Below are positions 9,915 through 21,731 of a DNA stretch of 64,000 bases, piece after piece (positions within the stretch are counted from its first letter, which is position 1; each line of letters starts with the position of its first letter). The translations under genes were made by a program, and so were the position numbers. Origin of the DNA: Elsinoe ampelina (lineage: Eukaryota); the NCBI GenBank assembly GCA_010093995.1, contig ML992501.1:330227-394226 (forward strand), written 5' to 3'. The notes under the pieces were generated by a model. That model did not search any database and was not told the origin of the DNA. It saw only the letters and a list, made by a program, of their open reading frames with translations.

Positions 9915-11298
9915 GAAGGATGGCTCGAAGGCTGCGGTCGCCTAGCTCTGTGCGGAGAACGACGGTTCATGCATGTGATATGACGAATGAATGACTGTCG
10001 GCCATCGGCTGATCAGATTGGAGGTAGACTGCCACCTGCACAGGTGGGGGAGAGTTTTGGAGGAGCTCGGTGCCAATGACGTTGAGCCATCACGGGTCTA
10101 GTCGTCGATCACTCAAAGTGACATATGGCTGTCAGTCCGATCTGTTTCAGATGGGAGAAAGACAAGAACAAGAATCGATATGCATGCTCTCACGGACAAT
10201 TTAATACACTTGGACCACCTCTCGGAGACCATGCAGCATTCAGTTCGGCTTCAGCATTGCACAATGGGCCGGTGGGCAGAAAAGGGTTGGACAAACCTGA
10301 CTCGAGTCCATTCCTACCAGCCCGTAAAAATGCCCAGGGACTTGTCAGCGGCTGTGCAATGCTATTCAAATTGGCCGATGGATATTTCATACGCACTAGG
10401 TCATGACCGTCTGGGGTTCTATTGAGATCGAAGACATGCATCGATGCTCCAGTCATGACTTTACGGAACCGTTGTGGTAGTGATGAGGTGAGCCGAATGA
10501 TCAATTTCGTTTGGTTGCTGTCGTTGCTTCTTCCAAGAGTGTCTCCAGCACGGCACAGAAGAGACGGGATTGTAAGATAGCGGCTGCGAATGGGAGACAA
10601 TCGGTGAAGGGAGCCACAAAATGGCTGCGAATGGCTGTGAATGGCTTCGGGACTGACGCTGGGAGTGGGTCCTTTGGGTCCACAAAAAGTCACATCGAGC
10701 AATGGAATGTGTCGGGATCTGCAAACCCAACCTTAATTGATGCAGCTCTCACCTCTACGCGCGCTTGCTCGAACAAGCTCGTGCTCACTCACAAAATGTG
10801 CATATCTATTGTCACTCCCTTCCTACCACATGTCCTCATTCAACAGTGTCTCTTTCTCCACACTGTCGACGCCCCTCTGTCATCAATCGATTCCGCCGAG
10901 ACATACAAATTTCTCCGACCGGTGCAGTCCTACCAGCTTCAAAAGCTTGGACACTGATCTGGAAATCTCGCCGACAACCACACAAATTATTGCAACGGCG
11001 ACTCAAGCGACCTCGTAATAAACACAATTTCCACAGGACCACAAGGCAGACGACCTCACCGTCGGATAACCGATTGTTGGCCTTCTCAATTCCTGTATTC
11101 TCTCAACCCGACTCTTCTGCATCAACCTCACATCCATCCTCACATTGCGGGGATCCACTTCGGACTTTGAATCCTCACATGGCACGACTGTCAGTCTAGC
11201 AGGGATTACTGCCTGCCCAAGTGTTCAAGCAAACCTGACACCGACTGCTTTCTACTCGACGACTCCGCCCATCCTCTTCCTGCCAAATCATCGCTACC

Positions 11299-14200
11299 AT
11301 GCGATTCCAATATTTCAGCGTGGCCATCACGGCTCTGCTCAGTCTACTCCTACTCTCGGTGGTCTCTGCTCAGGATACACAGACTCACGACGGCGTACGG
11401 TATGTTCAGATCATCGATCAGACTACCAGTAAATCGACACTCGTTCCCGACAACCGCAAGCCTGCTCTATACACTGGCAACTTTGGTGACTGCTTGGGAT
11501 CCTCACTCATCAATGTCACCCGATTTGATGCCAGCTACTATGCTGATAACATGACCATCATGTTCCATTTGGCTGGTACTACCGCTCTGGTGCAGGAATC
11601 TCTCATGATGTACATCGGCGTATACGCGTACGGTGAGAGCCGCTTCGACCTGATCTGGAACCCATGCAGCGCCAACATAGCCAGTCTATGTCCCGCGAGA
11701 TCCAACACAACCATCGAAGCAAATGGCCTCATTCCCATCTCGCCCCAAGATGTGTCTGGTATTCCCGAAATCGCACTCTCGATTCCAGACTTTGAAGGCG
11801 AGGCTATCCTGCGGGTCTTCTCGAATAGTACACAGAGCGAAATTGGTTGCTACACTGCAGTCGTCACCAATGGAAGTTCCTTCTCGCAACCAAAGTCAGT
11901 TGGGACAATCTTGGGCCTCTTCACCCTGATAGCCATCATCGCAAGCTTCGCCACGGCAATGTACGGCGACAGCATCCCAGTCATGCGAACACATTATGCT
12001 CACTCGCTGTCGGTCGGGGTCGTCTTCGCCGTCTTTCAGCACATCTTTTTCACTGGTGCATTGTCCATGAACTGGCCGAGTGTTCTCGTGGCTTTCTGGA
12101 GCAACTTTGCCTGGTCTGCTGGAATGATCAATACGGCTGGCATGCAAAATTCCATCACCCGCCTGGTTGGCAACAATATCGGCAACACATCTCAGGTTGG
12201 TGCAGCGGGTTCGGGTACAGCACAGTCACAACTTGGTGGAGGCTTTGACCTTGCCACGCTCTACAAGCGAGGTGCCAATGAGTTAATTACTCGCGACGTA
12301 GCTTACGACATCTATTCTGATGATCCTCTGATACTTCTGAAGAGACAGACGGTTGGCCATCAGTTTGAGCAAGCACTCCAGAAGCGAGCTCTAGTGAACA
12401 GCAGTACAGGCTATGCATGGTACGGCAATCCCGTTCAGGCAGGCCTACCTCTACCTGGCAATTTCTCCGGTTTCGCAGGTACATTGGGTCAAGAATCTAT
12501 CCGCGCCTCCAACGCCTTCATGACTGGTTTTCTCTGGCTCATCATTGCTCTGGTCCTGGTAGTTGGATCCGTTGTGGCATTCAAGTGGATCATAGAAGGC
12601 TTGACCAAGTACAAAGTCCTGCGCGAGGACCGTCTGAGTTTCTTCAGGAACAATTGGATAGCATACACGATTGCGACTGCTCTTCGGATCTGCTTCATCG
12701 CATTCTTCATGATCATGTTCTTGACCATGTTCCAATTTTCCTACCAAAGCTCTTCAGGACCAAAGGCTATCGCGGCACTTGTCTTTCTCCTTTTTCTGGT
12801 CGGCGCTTCTCTAATAGTGGCTTACGCATACTACACTCGATTCCAGACTGTGGCCCGCGTGGGCGACCACGAGATGGCTAACATGACTTCCAAGAAGCTC
12901 AAACGCGTTTCAAACTCCCTTCAAAGCTTGATACCCAAGGACCAGACCGGGATTCACAAGTACCTGCCAACGGCCATCTTTCACACTCTCGCCGAAATGG
13001 GCCGCGAGCCAAACATTATTCATGAAGACGAGGATTTCGTCAGGAAGTTTGGCTGGCTGGCTGCAAGATACAGACGCAGCAGATGGTGGTTCTTTGGTGC
13101 TTGGACTGCTTACGAATTCATTCGTGCTTGCTTCTACGGTGGCGCTTCCGGTCATCCTAAAGTACAGGTCTTTGGTCTGCTCATCGTCGAGATTGTCGCC
13201 TTTGCCCTGTTCATCTGGGCTCGTCCTTTCGAAGGCCAACGTCTCAACATCCTGGTAGTCTATCTGCTCGGATTCAGCAAAGTCGCCTCGGTCGCCCTCT
13301 CGGCAGCCTTCGATGTAACATTCAACCTTCCCCGTATCCTGACCACTGTTATCGGCATCATCATCATTGTCATCCAAGGACTCCTAGCAATCATAACCTT
13401 GATTGCAATCCTTGTCGGTGCAGCATCATCATGGATGTCAATAAGGAGGGACGTTCCGACCGAGGAATTCAAACCCAAGAAATGGAGGTCATTCAGAGAG
13501 AGGTACTTTACCCACATGGATCGTACGGCGAAAGAGCTTCCACGACCTCGAAAACAAAAACCTGTGGATCCTCTAAAGACACCAGAACTTCCGAACGGCC
13601 CTTACTTCAGCGTTGGGTCAGTTCGCAGGATGAACAAGATTGAGGACGATGACCAGGACTTTGCGACCGAGATGCGACTCGACCCGTCTGCCTCATACCT
13701 GTCACTCGACTCGCGAAAGTTCTCTCCCACCCCGAGCCGCAACTTCAGCCCAATGAGCGATATTGGTCCGAATGGTCCAGCCAGGGTTCCGTCGATGGCG
13801 TCTAGCGCCCACATCCGCTCTAACTTACCGTTCGGGGCTAGGGCACATCGCCCAAGCTGGTCAATCCACGAACCAAGTGATGATGATAGAGTCGTCACAC
13901 CTGTCAACATGAACCAGACTGTGCCTGAAGACAATACTCTCAAATCTCCGACAGTCTCAACCGCGCCTTCTCCTACACACTCTCGCGTTGCGTCTCGTAC
14001 CGGTCTGGTCGCAGGTCTTTCGATTCCAAAGCTACGCACAACAAAGTCAATGGACACGGTCCGTACACCCATTGAAATTAAGCGATCAGAGTCACCAGTT
14101 CAAGATGTGCCTGCTCCGAGAGTCCGTCCTCGGTCTGGTACATGGAACTCCCGCGGCTCTATCCGGGCTCCAAGCAGGAGTGGCACTCCTTCTGGTAGTG

Positions 14201-14373
14201 TTTTCAACCTGGACCGCGACAGCAGCGCCATCGCCTCGCCTGTCAGCCCACTCAGTCCTCTTCAGCTGCCCCCCATCGTCGGCGTCCAGAGCGGGCCCCT
14301 GACACCCGCTGTCGAGGTGGATGAGGAGTTTGGCAGAATCAGCAGGCAAAACACAAACAATAGCAAGAAGTGA
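11299..14373 (+). CDS. FLC/Pkd2-like TRP-family membrane protein (ML-like TRP_N domain, multiple TM helices, disordered C-tail)
   Basis: Signal peptide; IPDFEGEA.LRVF and GCY.AVVTNG ML-like region; GALSMNWPSVLVAFWSNFAWSAGMI; HEDEDFVRKFGWL.ARYRRSRWWF; 1024 aa, intronless. Confidence 0.88.
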   Translation: MRFQYFSVAITALLSLLLLSVVSAQDTQTHDGVRYVQIIDQTTSKSTLVPDNRKPALYTGNFGDCLGSSLINVTRFDASYYADNMTIMFHLAGTTALVQESLMMYIGVYAYGESRFDLIWNPCSANIASLCPARSNTTIEANGLIPISPQDVSGIPEIALSIPDFEGEAILRVFSNSTQSEIGCYTAVVTNGSSFSQPKSVGTILGLFTLIAIIASFATAMYGDSIPVMRTHYAHSLSVGVVFAVFQHIFFTGALSMNWPSVLVAFWSNFAWSAGMINTAGMQNSITRLVGNNIGNTSQVGAAGSGTAQSQLGGGFDLATLYKRGANELITRDVAYDIYSDDPLILLKRQTVGHQFEQALQKRALVNSSTGYAWYGNPVQAGLPLPGNFSGFAGTLGQESIRASNAFMTGFLWLIIALVLVVGSVVAFKWIIEGLTKYKVLREDRLSFFRNNWIAYTIATALRICFIAFFMIMFLTMFQFSYQSSSGPKAIAALVFLLFLVGASLIVAYAYYTRFQTVARVGDHEMANMTSKKLKRVSNSLQSLIPKDQTGIHKYLPTAIFHTLAEMGREPNIIHEDEDFVRKFGWLAARYRRSRWWFFGAWTAYEFIRACFYGGASGHPKVQVFGLLIVEIVAFALFIWARPFEGQRLNILVVYLLGFSKVASVALSAAFDVTFNLPRILTTVIGIIIIVIQGLLAIITLIAILVGAASSWMSIRRDVPTEEFKPKKWRSFRERYFTHMDRTAKELPRPRKQKPVDPLKTPELPNGPYFSVGSVRRMNKIEDDDQDFATEMRLDPSASYLSLDSRKFSPTPSRNFSPMSDIGPNGPARVPSMASSAHIRSNLPFGARAHRPSWSIHEPSDDDRVVTPVNMNQTVPEDNTLKSPTVSTAPSPTHSRVASRTGLVAGLSIPKLRTTKSMDTVRTPIEIKRSESPVQDVPAPRVRPRSGTWNSRGSIRAPSRSGTPSGSVFNLDRDSSAIASPVSPLSPLQLPPIVGVQSGPLTPAVEVDEEFGRISRQNTNNSKK

Positions 14374-15916
14374 TCGACTCTTCAATACCGACAAGCGTCC
14401 CCAATAGACTCCTGCAGCGATTGCAACACTTTCACGAGACCGAATAAGCATAATACTAATCCCAGCTTCACGACGCTCTCTACGAACTTATGATTACGAT
14501 GGCATTCGATACCACTCTTCCCGCGCCTCGTGCCTTTCCCCTTTCCTGGCAGCATCGGCGCGGTGGCAACTAGCCAGGAATGCAGCATCTCTCTTCATCA
14601 CAGTCCTGCATAGCGTTTGAGAAGTATTTACATGCATCTTTTGCGGAGGAAAGCATGGTGTCTATAGATATCAGCGTATATACTTTCATATCATCGATAC
14701 TGTTTGATGCATGGTATGGCACTACCAAATTTGAATGTTCCAAACTACATTGCACTTCTCAGCTGAACGACTTCTCCACCACTGATTTGCTACACTTTTG
14801 ATGGCATGCATGTGGGTGCGTGAGGGCGCAAATGGTTCATGGTGGCTGAGCAGAGCGCCTCGGTGTGGTACATTGCCCTCTTGCGTCCCTTTCCTCCCCG
14901 TCGTCTATCGATCAAAGAGCACAGCAAGGTGAGACACAGCTCGCCCCACTCTCGGCTCGAAAGACGCCACATCGTTTTAACTTATACTTCTCGACTCGCC
15001 GTGCCTTCGCTTAATATACCTTACTGTATGCACACGCATACGGTACTGCTTAGTCGATGTTGAAATCAACGAGGGATAACAGAAAACGCATGTCTCTTCA
15101 GATGACGCGAACTCCCTTGTGCCGGGGAAGGGAGAAGCTATCCTTGCCTCCTTGTTACTGACATCTTCCACGACACGAGGCTACTGTACAGCGCCATGTC
15201 TATCTAGTGCGATGAAAACGACTACTCGGTTACAGCCACCGCTTATACAGGAAGACATGCAGATTTTAGGGTACTGTGCAGTATCTCCCCTTGACCGCCT
15301 ATCCTACTCGGGCGGCAGTTTTGGCACTGCAGCTGCAGATGCATCGCAATGATGCAACACGAAAATGCAACGACTGCGCTTCAGCCAGCCATAACGGACG
15401 ATCACCGCGGACCGGCAAGATCCTATCCATCCGAACTTCTGCCATTACGGTGAGCAGACCTGTCGGGTCCGTCTGCTGCGACAGTGGCGAGCTGAGCATG
15501 CATCTTGACATGAACTGTGGCTGCACCCCCTATACCTTGCACTTCCAAGAGGTCTCTCCCAGGATGTGTTGTATGATGAGCGTCAAAGGAGGCATGGCGG
15601 GTTACTTCGGTCGAATCAGCGGTGCACGCCTGGTAGTGAATCAGTATAAGTATCTCGTATCCATCTCCTTGCTCTGGTCTCTTTCACGCGTTGCAGTGTG
15701 TCTGAAACTCAGCCTCGCTTGGCTCTTGCTTTCACACTATCTCTATATTGCGCACCCTTGGCGTTCAAAGTCTTCTGCAAGCTATAACCTCTTCAACACA
15801 GTAAGCTCGCTATTGCCTACCTGCTTTTCAGTGCGCATATTTGCCACACCGAATCTGATTGGCAGCAGCGCTGACGCATTCTGTGTTAGTAGATCCCCAA
15901 CTGGTGACTTGACATC

Positions 15917-16465
15917 ATGCTCTACACCAGCATAAACTTGTCCATCAACGCCTTCAACATCAACAGCGAGAATAACAGCTATCATTGCTTCGCGTATGGC
16001 ACAGGCCTGAACCCTCCGAATTCTGACATTGCCGATGGAGCGAAACAGACCATTCTCGGTACTATTGATGTCCCTGACGCTTTCGTTGGCTCCGAGGGGA
16101 CCTACAATCTTCAACGAACAGGATACGATTTCTTCGTGCTTCCAAATGGACAGAGGTCGACAGCACTGCTTCCAGGAACCGTAACATACGTGACGGAGGA
16201 GACCGAAATCGAGACCATAACCGAACAGACCATCGAGTTTATTCCAGCCACCCAAGTCAATGTCATTCCGTTGACATTCGATGACTGCTATTTCGAGGAG
16301 AAGGAGCAGACCGTCACATTCTACGTGGTACTCGATGCTGGCGATGGAGGCGCAAAGCGTGGTTCTGGTTCCGGCATGGAGGCTGCTGCCCCTAAGAAGC
16401 CGCTGACCATCAAGCGAACGATGAAGAAACAGCGTGAGCAGGCATCTGCCTCCGCTAAAGCTTAG
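15917..16465 (+). CDS. Hypothetical 182-aa beta-rich protein of unknown family
   Basis: Clean ORF with coding-like codon use and good ATG context. Probable 5'UTR intron (GTAAGC at 15800, CTGAC at ~15871) and TATA-like box at ~15645. Confidence 0.6.
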   Translation: MLYTSINLSINAFNINSENNSYHCFAYGTGLNPPNSDIADGAKQTILGTIDVPDAFVGSEGTYNLQRTGYDFFVLPNGQRSTALLPGTVTYVTEETEIETITEQTIEFIPATQVNVIPLTFDDCYFEEKEQTVTFYVVLDAGDGGAKRGSGSGMEAAAPKKPLTIKRTMKKQREQASASAKA

Positions 16466-16699
16466 TCCTCGGCTAGGTCTTCTTCTTTCAGACAATAGGT
16501 CGGTAGAGGCCTATCAGGGTGAAGGAAATGCTGTGGCGATCGAGTGCGCTTTACAGAAGAAGAGGACGGCGTTAGAGAGGGGGTGGGACCCCTCAAGGAA
16601 GATGTCGGAGATGGAGATGTAGTATAGCGATCATACTTGATGATAGTGGCAACTGTATGTACAAATCGCACTTACTGTACATCTGTACCCTCCGACCTC

Positions 16700-18138
16700 A
16701 GGAGTGACATGTCCTTGAGCAACTTGGTAACACACAGAGGTCAGAGACCCTGTAAGGGATCATGTCCATGAGTAAGGCAGCAGCTGGGACGAGAGCAGCA
16801 ATACCCACCCTGCTGATCGCAGAGCGGAATACTGTCATCATGTGCCACATGCTCAGATCTGTCTCCTGGAAAGGCTCGTATGTGCACATCCAGAGCAGAG
16901 ACATCGCAGACCTCCTCGTAGGGCGTCTCGCTACAGTAGGTATGTGGTCCTCCTTCGTGGTACACCCGCTGATCTTCGTCCTGCCTCTGCTCGGACTCAG
17001 GGAAGGCCATCTAGGCCATCTCGTAGATGCCTAGAATTATGTCCTCTTTCTTTCTGATTGCAATGAGCAAATACCCTTCTTCCCTTCTTCCCTTGTCAAC
17101 TTTGTCGTCGTCGTCGAGCCCTCTTTGATTTGCTCCCTGAGCTCCTTCTGCTCATCTTTGATATCCCGTATGATCTTATGTCTCTTCTCTATTGCCCTTC
17201 TCTTGCTTGGGGAGTAATGATTGACCTAACTTCATTCCTTGGGCGTTCGTGGTTTATCGCCATGGAGTTTTACATCGACACACCAGCCGGCTGGCTTAGA
17301 TGGCTTGACGACTCGTCCAGCGAGTTGCTAGCCTCTCCGCTCACCTACTGTCGTGTATCTCTCCGCCCCGTTGCATGGTAAGCTCGTAACACCAATCGAC
17401 AGCACACGTCAACGATAGCTTTTGGTGGAGGGCATTAAGCTATCGTCTCCATGGTGGTTTTGTTCGGCCTCTGCAACTGCCTCTCTCTATACATGCCCTC
17501 TGATCTTCCTCTCTGCCTCTGCCCCTTAGCCTTCCTGCCTCCTCCATGTCTGCCTTCACCCTCTCTCGCTCCGTCTCCGTGTCTCTCTCGAAGTCACCGG
17601 CCTCCTCCATCTACTGAGGCTGCTGCTGCCGTGCCCTCGCCTCCGCATACATATCGTAGATGCTTTGGAGGAATTCCACCTGTCTCTAAACCGTTGACCA
17701 AGCATCATCTACTGCCTTCTTTGAGATCAGCCTTCCTCACGGAACTGTCTTCATCTCTGCCTCAAGCCGCTCCTGCTCCTCCTCCATATCTCTTTTCAGG
17801 TCAGCCTCTCTTACAGCTTCCTGGCGGTCTGTCTGCGCGATCGCATTTAGGCACACCTAGTTAGTCTCCTAGGCCGCCGTCCTTACTCTTCTCGGTGCGA
17901 TATTGAGTGCCCTTGGTGATCAAAATGCTTGGCCATCATGGAGATTGGAGTAGAAGATGACCTGCAACCTACATATGGCTTGCTTGTCTTCAATATCCCA
18001 CATGATCTCCGCCTTCCTCTCCGCAGTCTCGCGATCTACATCCTCGATTTCCGCGAGCTTCGTTCTCTTGGCCTCTTCTGCCATCGTGATCCTCTCGAGG
18101 CTCTCGGACCCGACAACCTCCCCCTCTGCCCTCTTCAT
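16700..18138 (-). pseudogene. Decayed gene for a coiled-coil, E/R/K-rich repeat protein
   Basis: ATG at 18138 (MKRAEGEV..LAEIEDVDRETAERKAEIMWDIEDKQ). Related segments downstream (LNAIAQTDRQEAVREADLKRDMEEEQERLEAEM*, Q*MEEAGDFERDTETERERVKADMEEA) are interrupted by stops and frame changes. Confidence 0.45.
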
Positions 18139-18743
18139 TGTGTATTGATTCCGTATGACTGTGTGCAAATCGACCTGCGCCAGTCTGGTTATCTCAAAAT
18201 AGCTTCCGGGGGCAATGACTGGGCATCGTCCTACCCTTGACGAAGTGAATGTTTGGATTGTGGGCGGGCAGAGGGTATATGTATGCATTTCCGTATCGTC
18301 GGCTGGATGTAGCGTGATCTTATGACCCGTCCCGGATGCTGTGTCCCGTGGAGTGACGCATATCAGAGCTCTGAATGCCCACCAAGGGGCCTCATCATGA
18401 GGCTAAAGGTCTCACGAGCTTCTTGAACGGGATTTGTATGCATCGTCATCCGACCATGGAGCAATCAACTTTCTCCATGGTAACGATCGTGGCTCATGTC
18501 TTGTCATCGTGTTGAGGTATGTTGATAGAGGAGAACCTGTATTCCGACCTGATATCCGAACTACATTGAATTGTTCGCGGAACAGGTCGCGATACTCGAT
18601 GACCAGCAGTTGAAATACCAAGGCGTCGTTCTGTCCTTCTGTACAGCTAAAGTTCTCTTCGTCAGCGATCACACGAGCCCGAATCTATATGTACTGCTCA
18701 TTCGGTTGCTAGGATGGTATCGAGACCGTACCCAGCAGTGGCT

Positions 18744-20871
18744 TTATTGATTTTTCAGTGACGATTTCCTCCGTGGTACAAGACTGGTCTTCACCTTGGA
18801 AGCCGCCAGCTCCAACTCGATGCTGTCTTGGGGCTTGTTGTACATTCCGTGATTGAAAACGTTGATGTCATACACCAGAAGTGCGAGCGGCGACGACTTC
18901 AGCATTCCCGGCCTGTCGTATTTCCGACCCTTGCCATGAATCTGCCAGAGCAGTGAGACGGTGAATGCGCAAGCGAGAGCGGCGATAATTAGTGGATAGA
19001 TCAACCAGATCCAGCGAACGTTGACGCAGGGTTTGTTCTCTTTTGCCACTCCTATCACCGGTTCATTCCCAACACGATGACGATACATGTTCGTGCGAAA
19101 AAAATTCATGGTTGAATCCGCCAGATTACTGGCAAAATGGTCAACCGAGTCGAGTGGGGTAGTGTCGCCATAGTTGATAAGGGAATAGAGATGCAGATCC
19201 TCGTTTGAAACGTCGCTTCCCCAATCGTTGCTTCGAACCTCTCCTATGACTTGCGCCTGGTGTGGGAGTGTCGTAATAGTCCTCTCGTGCAACAGAGACC
19301 TCACTGTGGAGGTCACCGCTCTGACCGTCTCATTGCTCATGTAAGCGATACATGTGGGATCATAGTACGACAGCGTTGCGTTCTCTATATCAAGACCTCC
19401 ATCTAGGACGGCGAAAGTGTGGTTCCCCGAGTTTTTGGGTTGTGGGGCGCAGTCAAATTCCGTGTGATCACGGATATTCTCCAAGGAAGTTGTGAGATAG
19501 TGAGAACATGGATTCTTGGTGCTGTCATTGCTGACAGTGCGTGGGAACTCTGGCAACAATCGTAGCGTATCCACTGTAGTCTCGGTCAATGATCCTCTGA
19601 TGACATGACCTTCCAATGTCCTTAAGACTGGTGTGAAGTTGCAGCGTACAGCCATCGGCGTTCAACCCGCCGAATATCCAATTGGACCAGCGAACAGAAG
19701 TGCGATGAATGTGAACAGGCTTGGCTCTGTCGAGTGCTGCCACAGCATATCGGATCGAATGTCAGAAAATCTTGTCTGTAAGAAACGTTCTGTGATGGAT
19801 CCAGACACGTCGATATACATGGGTCCCTCGCTGTCAGGCGTTTCTATGTCAAGCTGGAAGCGATCTACCCTACCCCAATTCTCAGGAGGGCTGTAGGTCA
19901 TGGTGATGCGAGAAGTAAGGCCTTCACAAGCGTGATCGATAGCCAGCGAAGTATAGTGCTGCTCTCTTGCGGGAAAGGTACAGTTAGTGGTTGGACAGTG
20001 ATACGCTAACATTCTCTTGGTGTCGAGCTCCGGGTGGAGAATACTCGAGTGTAGCGAAGCCCGCATTGCCGCCCAATTGACCGACCAAAATTCGGATCCT
20101 ATGATGTTCGCTCGCGGTATGTAGGGGGTGTCTAGCACAGGGGTGACAATGCCACACTGGCGGTAAGATACCAATTGTTGCACAAAGGGATCCAAGGATG
20201 CTGCCACTAATGTTATGATTGATCCTGAGAGCGCCGGGTAGCTACATGATCAGTATGGAGCTCGTTGCTGAGCGGAGGGCGTGCATACGCTGGAAGGCCT
20301 TTGATGGCAAATAACAGCGAGCCCCATGGACCACGACTCGCAGAGTCAAAAAGACTCAGATCATCGAGAGATTGAGCATCCATGAACCATGTCCACTTTT
20401 GTTGTGAGATCCCTGTCAAGATCAGAATGGTCTTGTAGCTCTGTTTGAACACTCACCTTCAGAGACAACAAACAGCACTGTACCTTTCTGTAATGTAGTC
20501 AACACAGCGATTGCAGAATTGAGAGTGATGAGCTGTGGCCAGTGTGGCGCGGTTCTGCCATCGAATGCGGCAAGTAGAGCAACAATAGCCATAAGACATA
20601 GCAGGCTTGTCATACAAGCTGCAATTTCCCATACCCAGTTCCGGTTTGCCCACAGCCGCGCTCGGTCGTATCTGCCCTGCGTGAGCTGGATGGTCTCTGT
20701 CGCATGTGTCAGGCCTGGGCGCGACTTGCTCCTCTGGACGATGTCTTCACATGTCTTCGGCAGCAGCAATGAGCTGGCCTCGGATCTCTGCGCTCCAAGA
20801 TCTTGAGCGGTGACCGTCGTTGATTCCCGCTGGAGGGTGCGAAGGGCACTAACAATATGCCTAACCCGCAT
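18744..20871 (-). pseudogene. DUF3176-family membrane protein with one in-frame TGA at 19662-19664
   Basis: WVWEI..., ITLNS.IAVL, ISQQKW.WF, L.DL.LFD.ASRGPWGSL, DPFVQQLV, CPTTNCTFP, V.VRW.WL.YP, KSSPLALL; introns 20413-20456 and 20242-20288. The two long ORFs share a frame and are separated only by the TGA. Confidence 0.78.
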
Positions 20872-21484
20872 GGTCCGATCTGACCATGGATAAGTGTGTG
20901 CCAGATCTGATCACTGAGCATACAGTATCGCAATGAAAGCACTTGGTAGTCGCCGCTGCCGCAGCAATGAAGAGTTTCCGAACGTTGTAGAGTTCGGCAT
21001 CACGACCAAACAAGTTTTGGAATTTTACAGTAATTGTGGGGATAAGCAGTCGATTAAAGCACTACGGTAAAGAGGGTATCTCTGAGTTCCATCGCATGTC
21101 GTCAAGGGTATCTAGCAACCACCCAGGTCACTCGACAGTGCGTTGGTCGTGTCGAGCACCTACGCTGCAGAACCTGTGGCCTGGATCCACAGCCTATCAT
21201 CTATCCATTCGGGTATCTCCGCCGATGCTCGCATGCTGGTTGAACGAAAATGATTTGTAAAGGGAAAAGGGCATGGAACCCCTTCTTGTGGCGCTGTCCT
21301 GGTCTCTCATGGTTGTGGGTGTGGGTTCTTGTCGAGAAGTGAATTCCTGATCTGGTTGTACTGGCGACAGGTGTATCTTGTGTGATCATGCGAGGTGCAA
21401 AGAGTATCGCAGATGTGATTTGTCGCATGGATGAGCCAGTGTCGTTCTCAAGTCAGGTCGGACGAGCGCCCAAGAAGGGGTCTT

Positions 21485-21731
21485 TTATACTCTACTCGTC
21501 GTTGTTGTTCGGCGACGGCCAGCCTTGCCGCAGGTGAGGCAGGAGATGATGGTCATGAAGACGGAGGCGATGCCGTTGATGATGGCTTTAAGGATGTTGG
21601 CAATGCCAGAGACGATGGCGTTGAGGCAAGCCCCGATGGAGCGGAAGATGCTCTGTATCTGGTAGGTTTTTAGACATGTCGGCGGCGGTCATGTACTGGA
21701 ATCTACTTACGCAAGAGACGACGGCACCCAT
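21485..21731 (-). CDS. 64-aa Cys-rich amphipathic microprotein with N-terminal MG (possible myristoylation); exons 21731-21711, 21658-21485
   Basis: Canonical intron 21659-21710 gives MGAVVSCIQSIFRSIGACLNAIVSGIANILKAIINGIASVFMTIISCLTCGKAGRRRTTTSRV*; strong C-ending codon bias; ACCATGG context. Confidence 0.85.
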
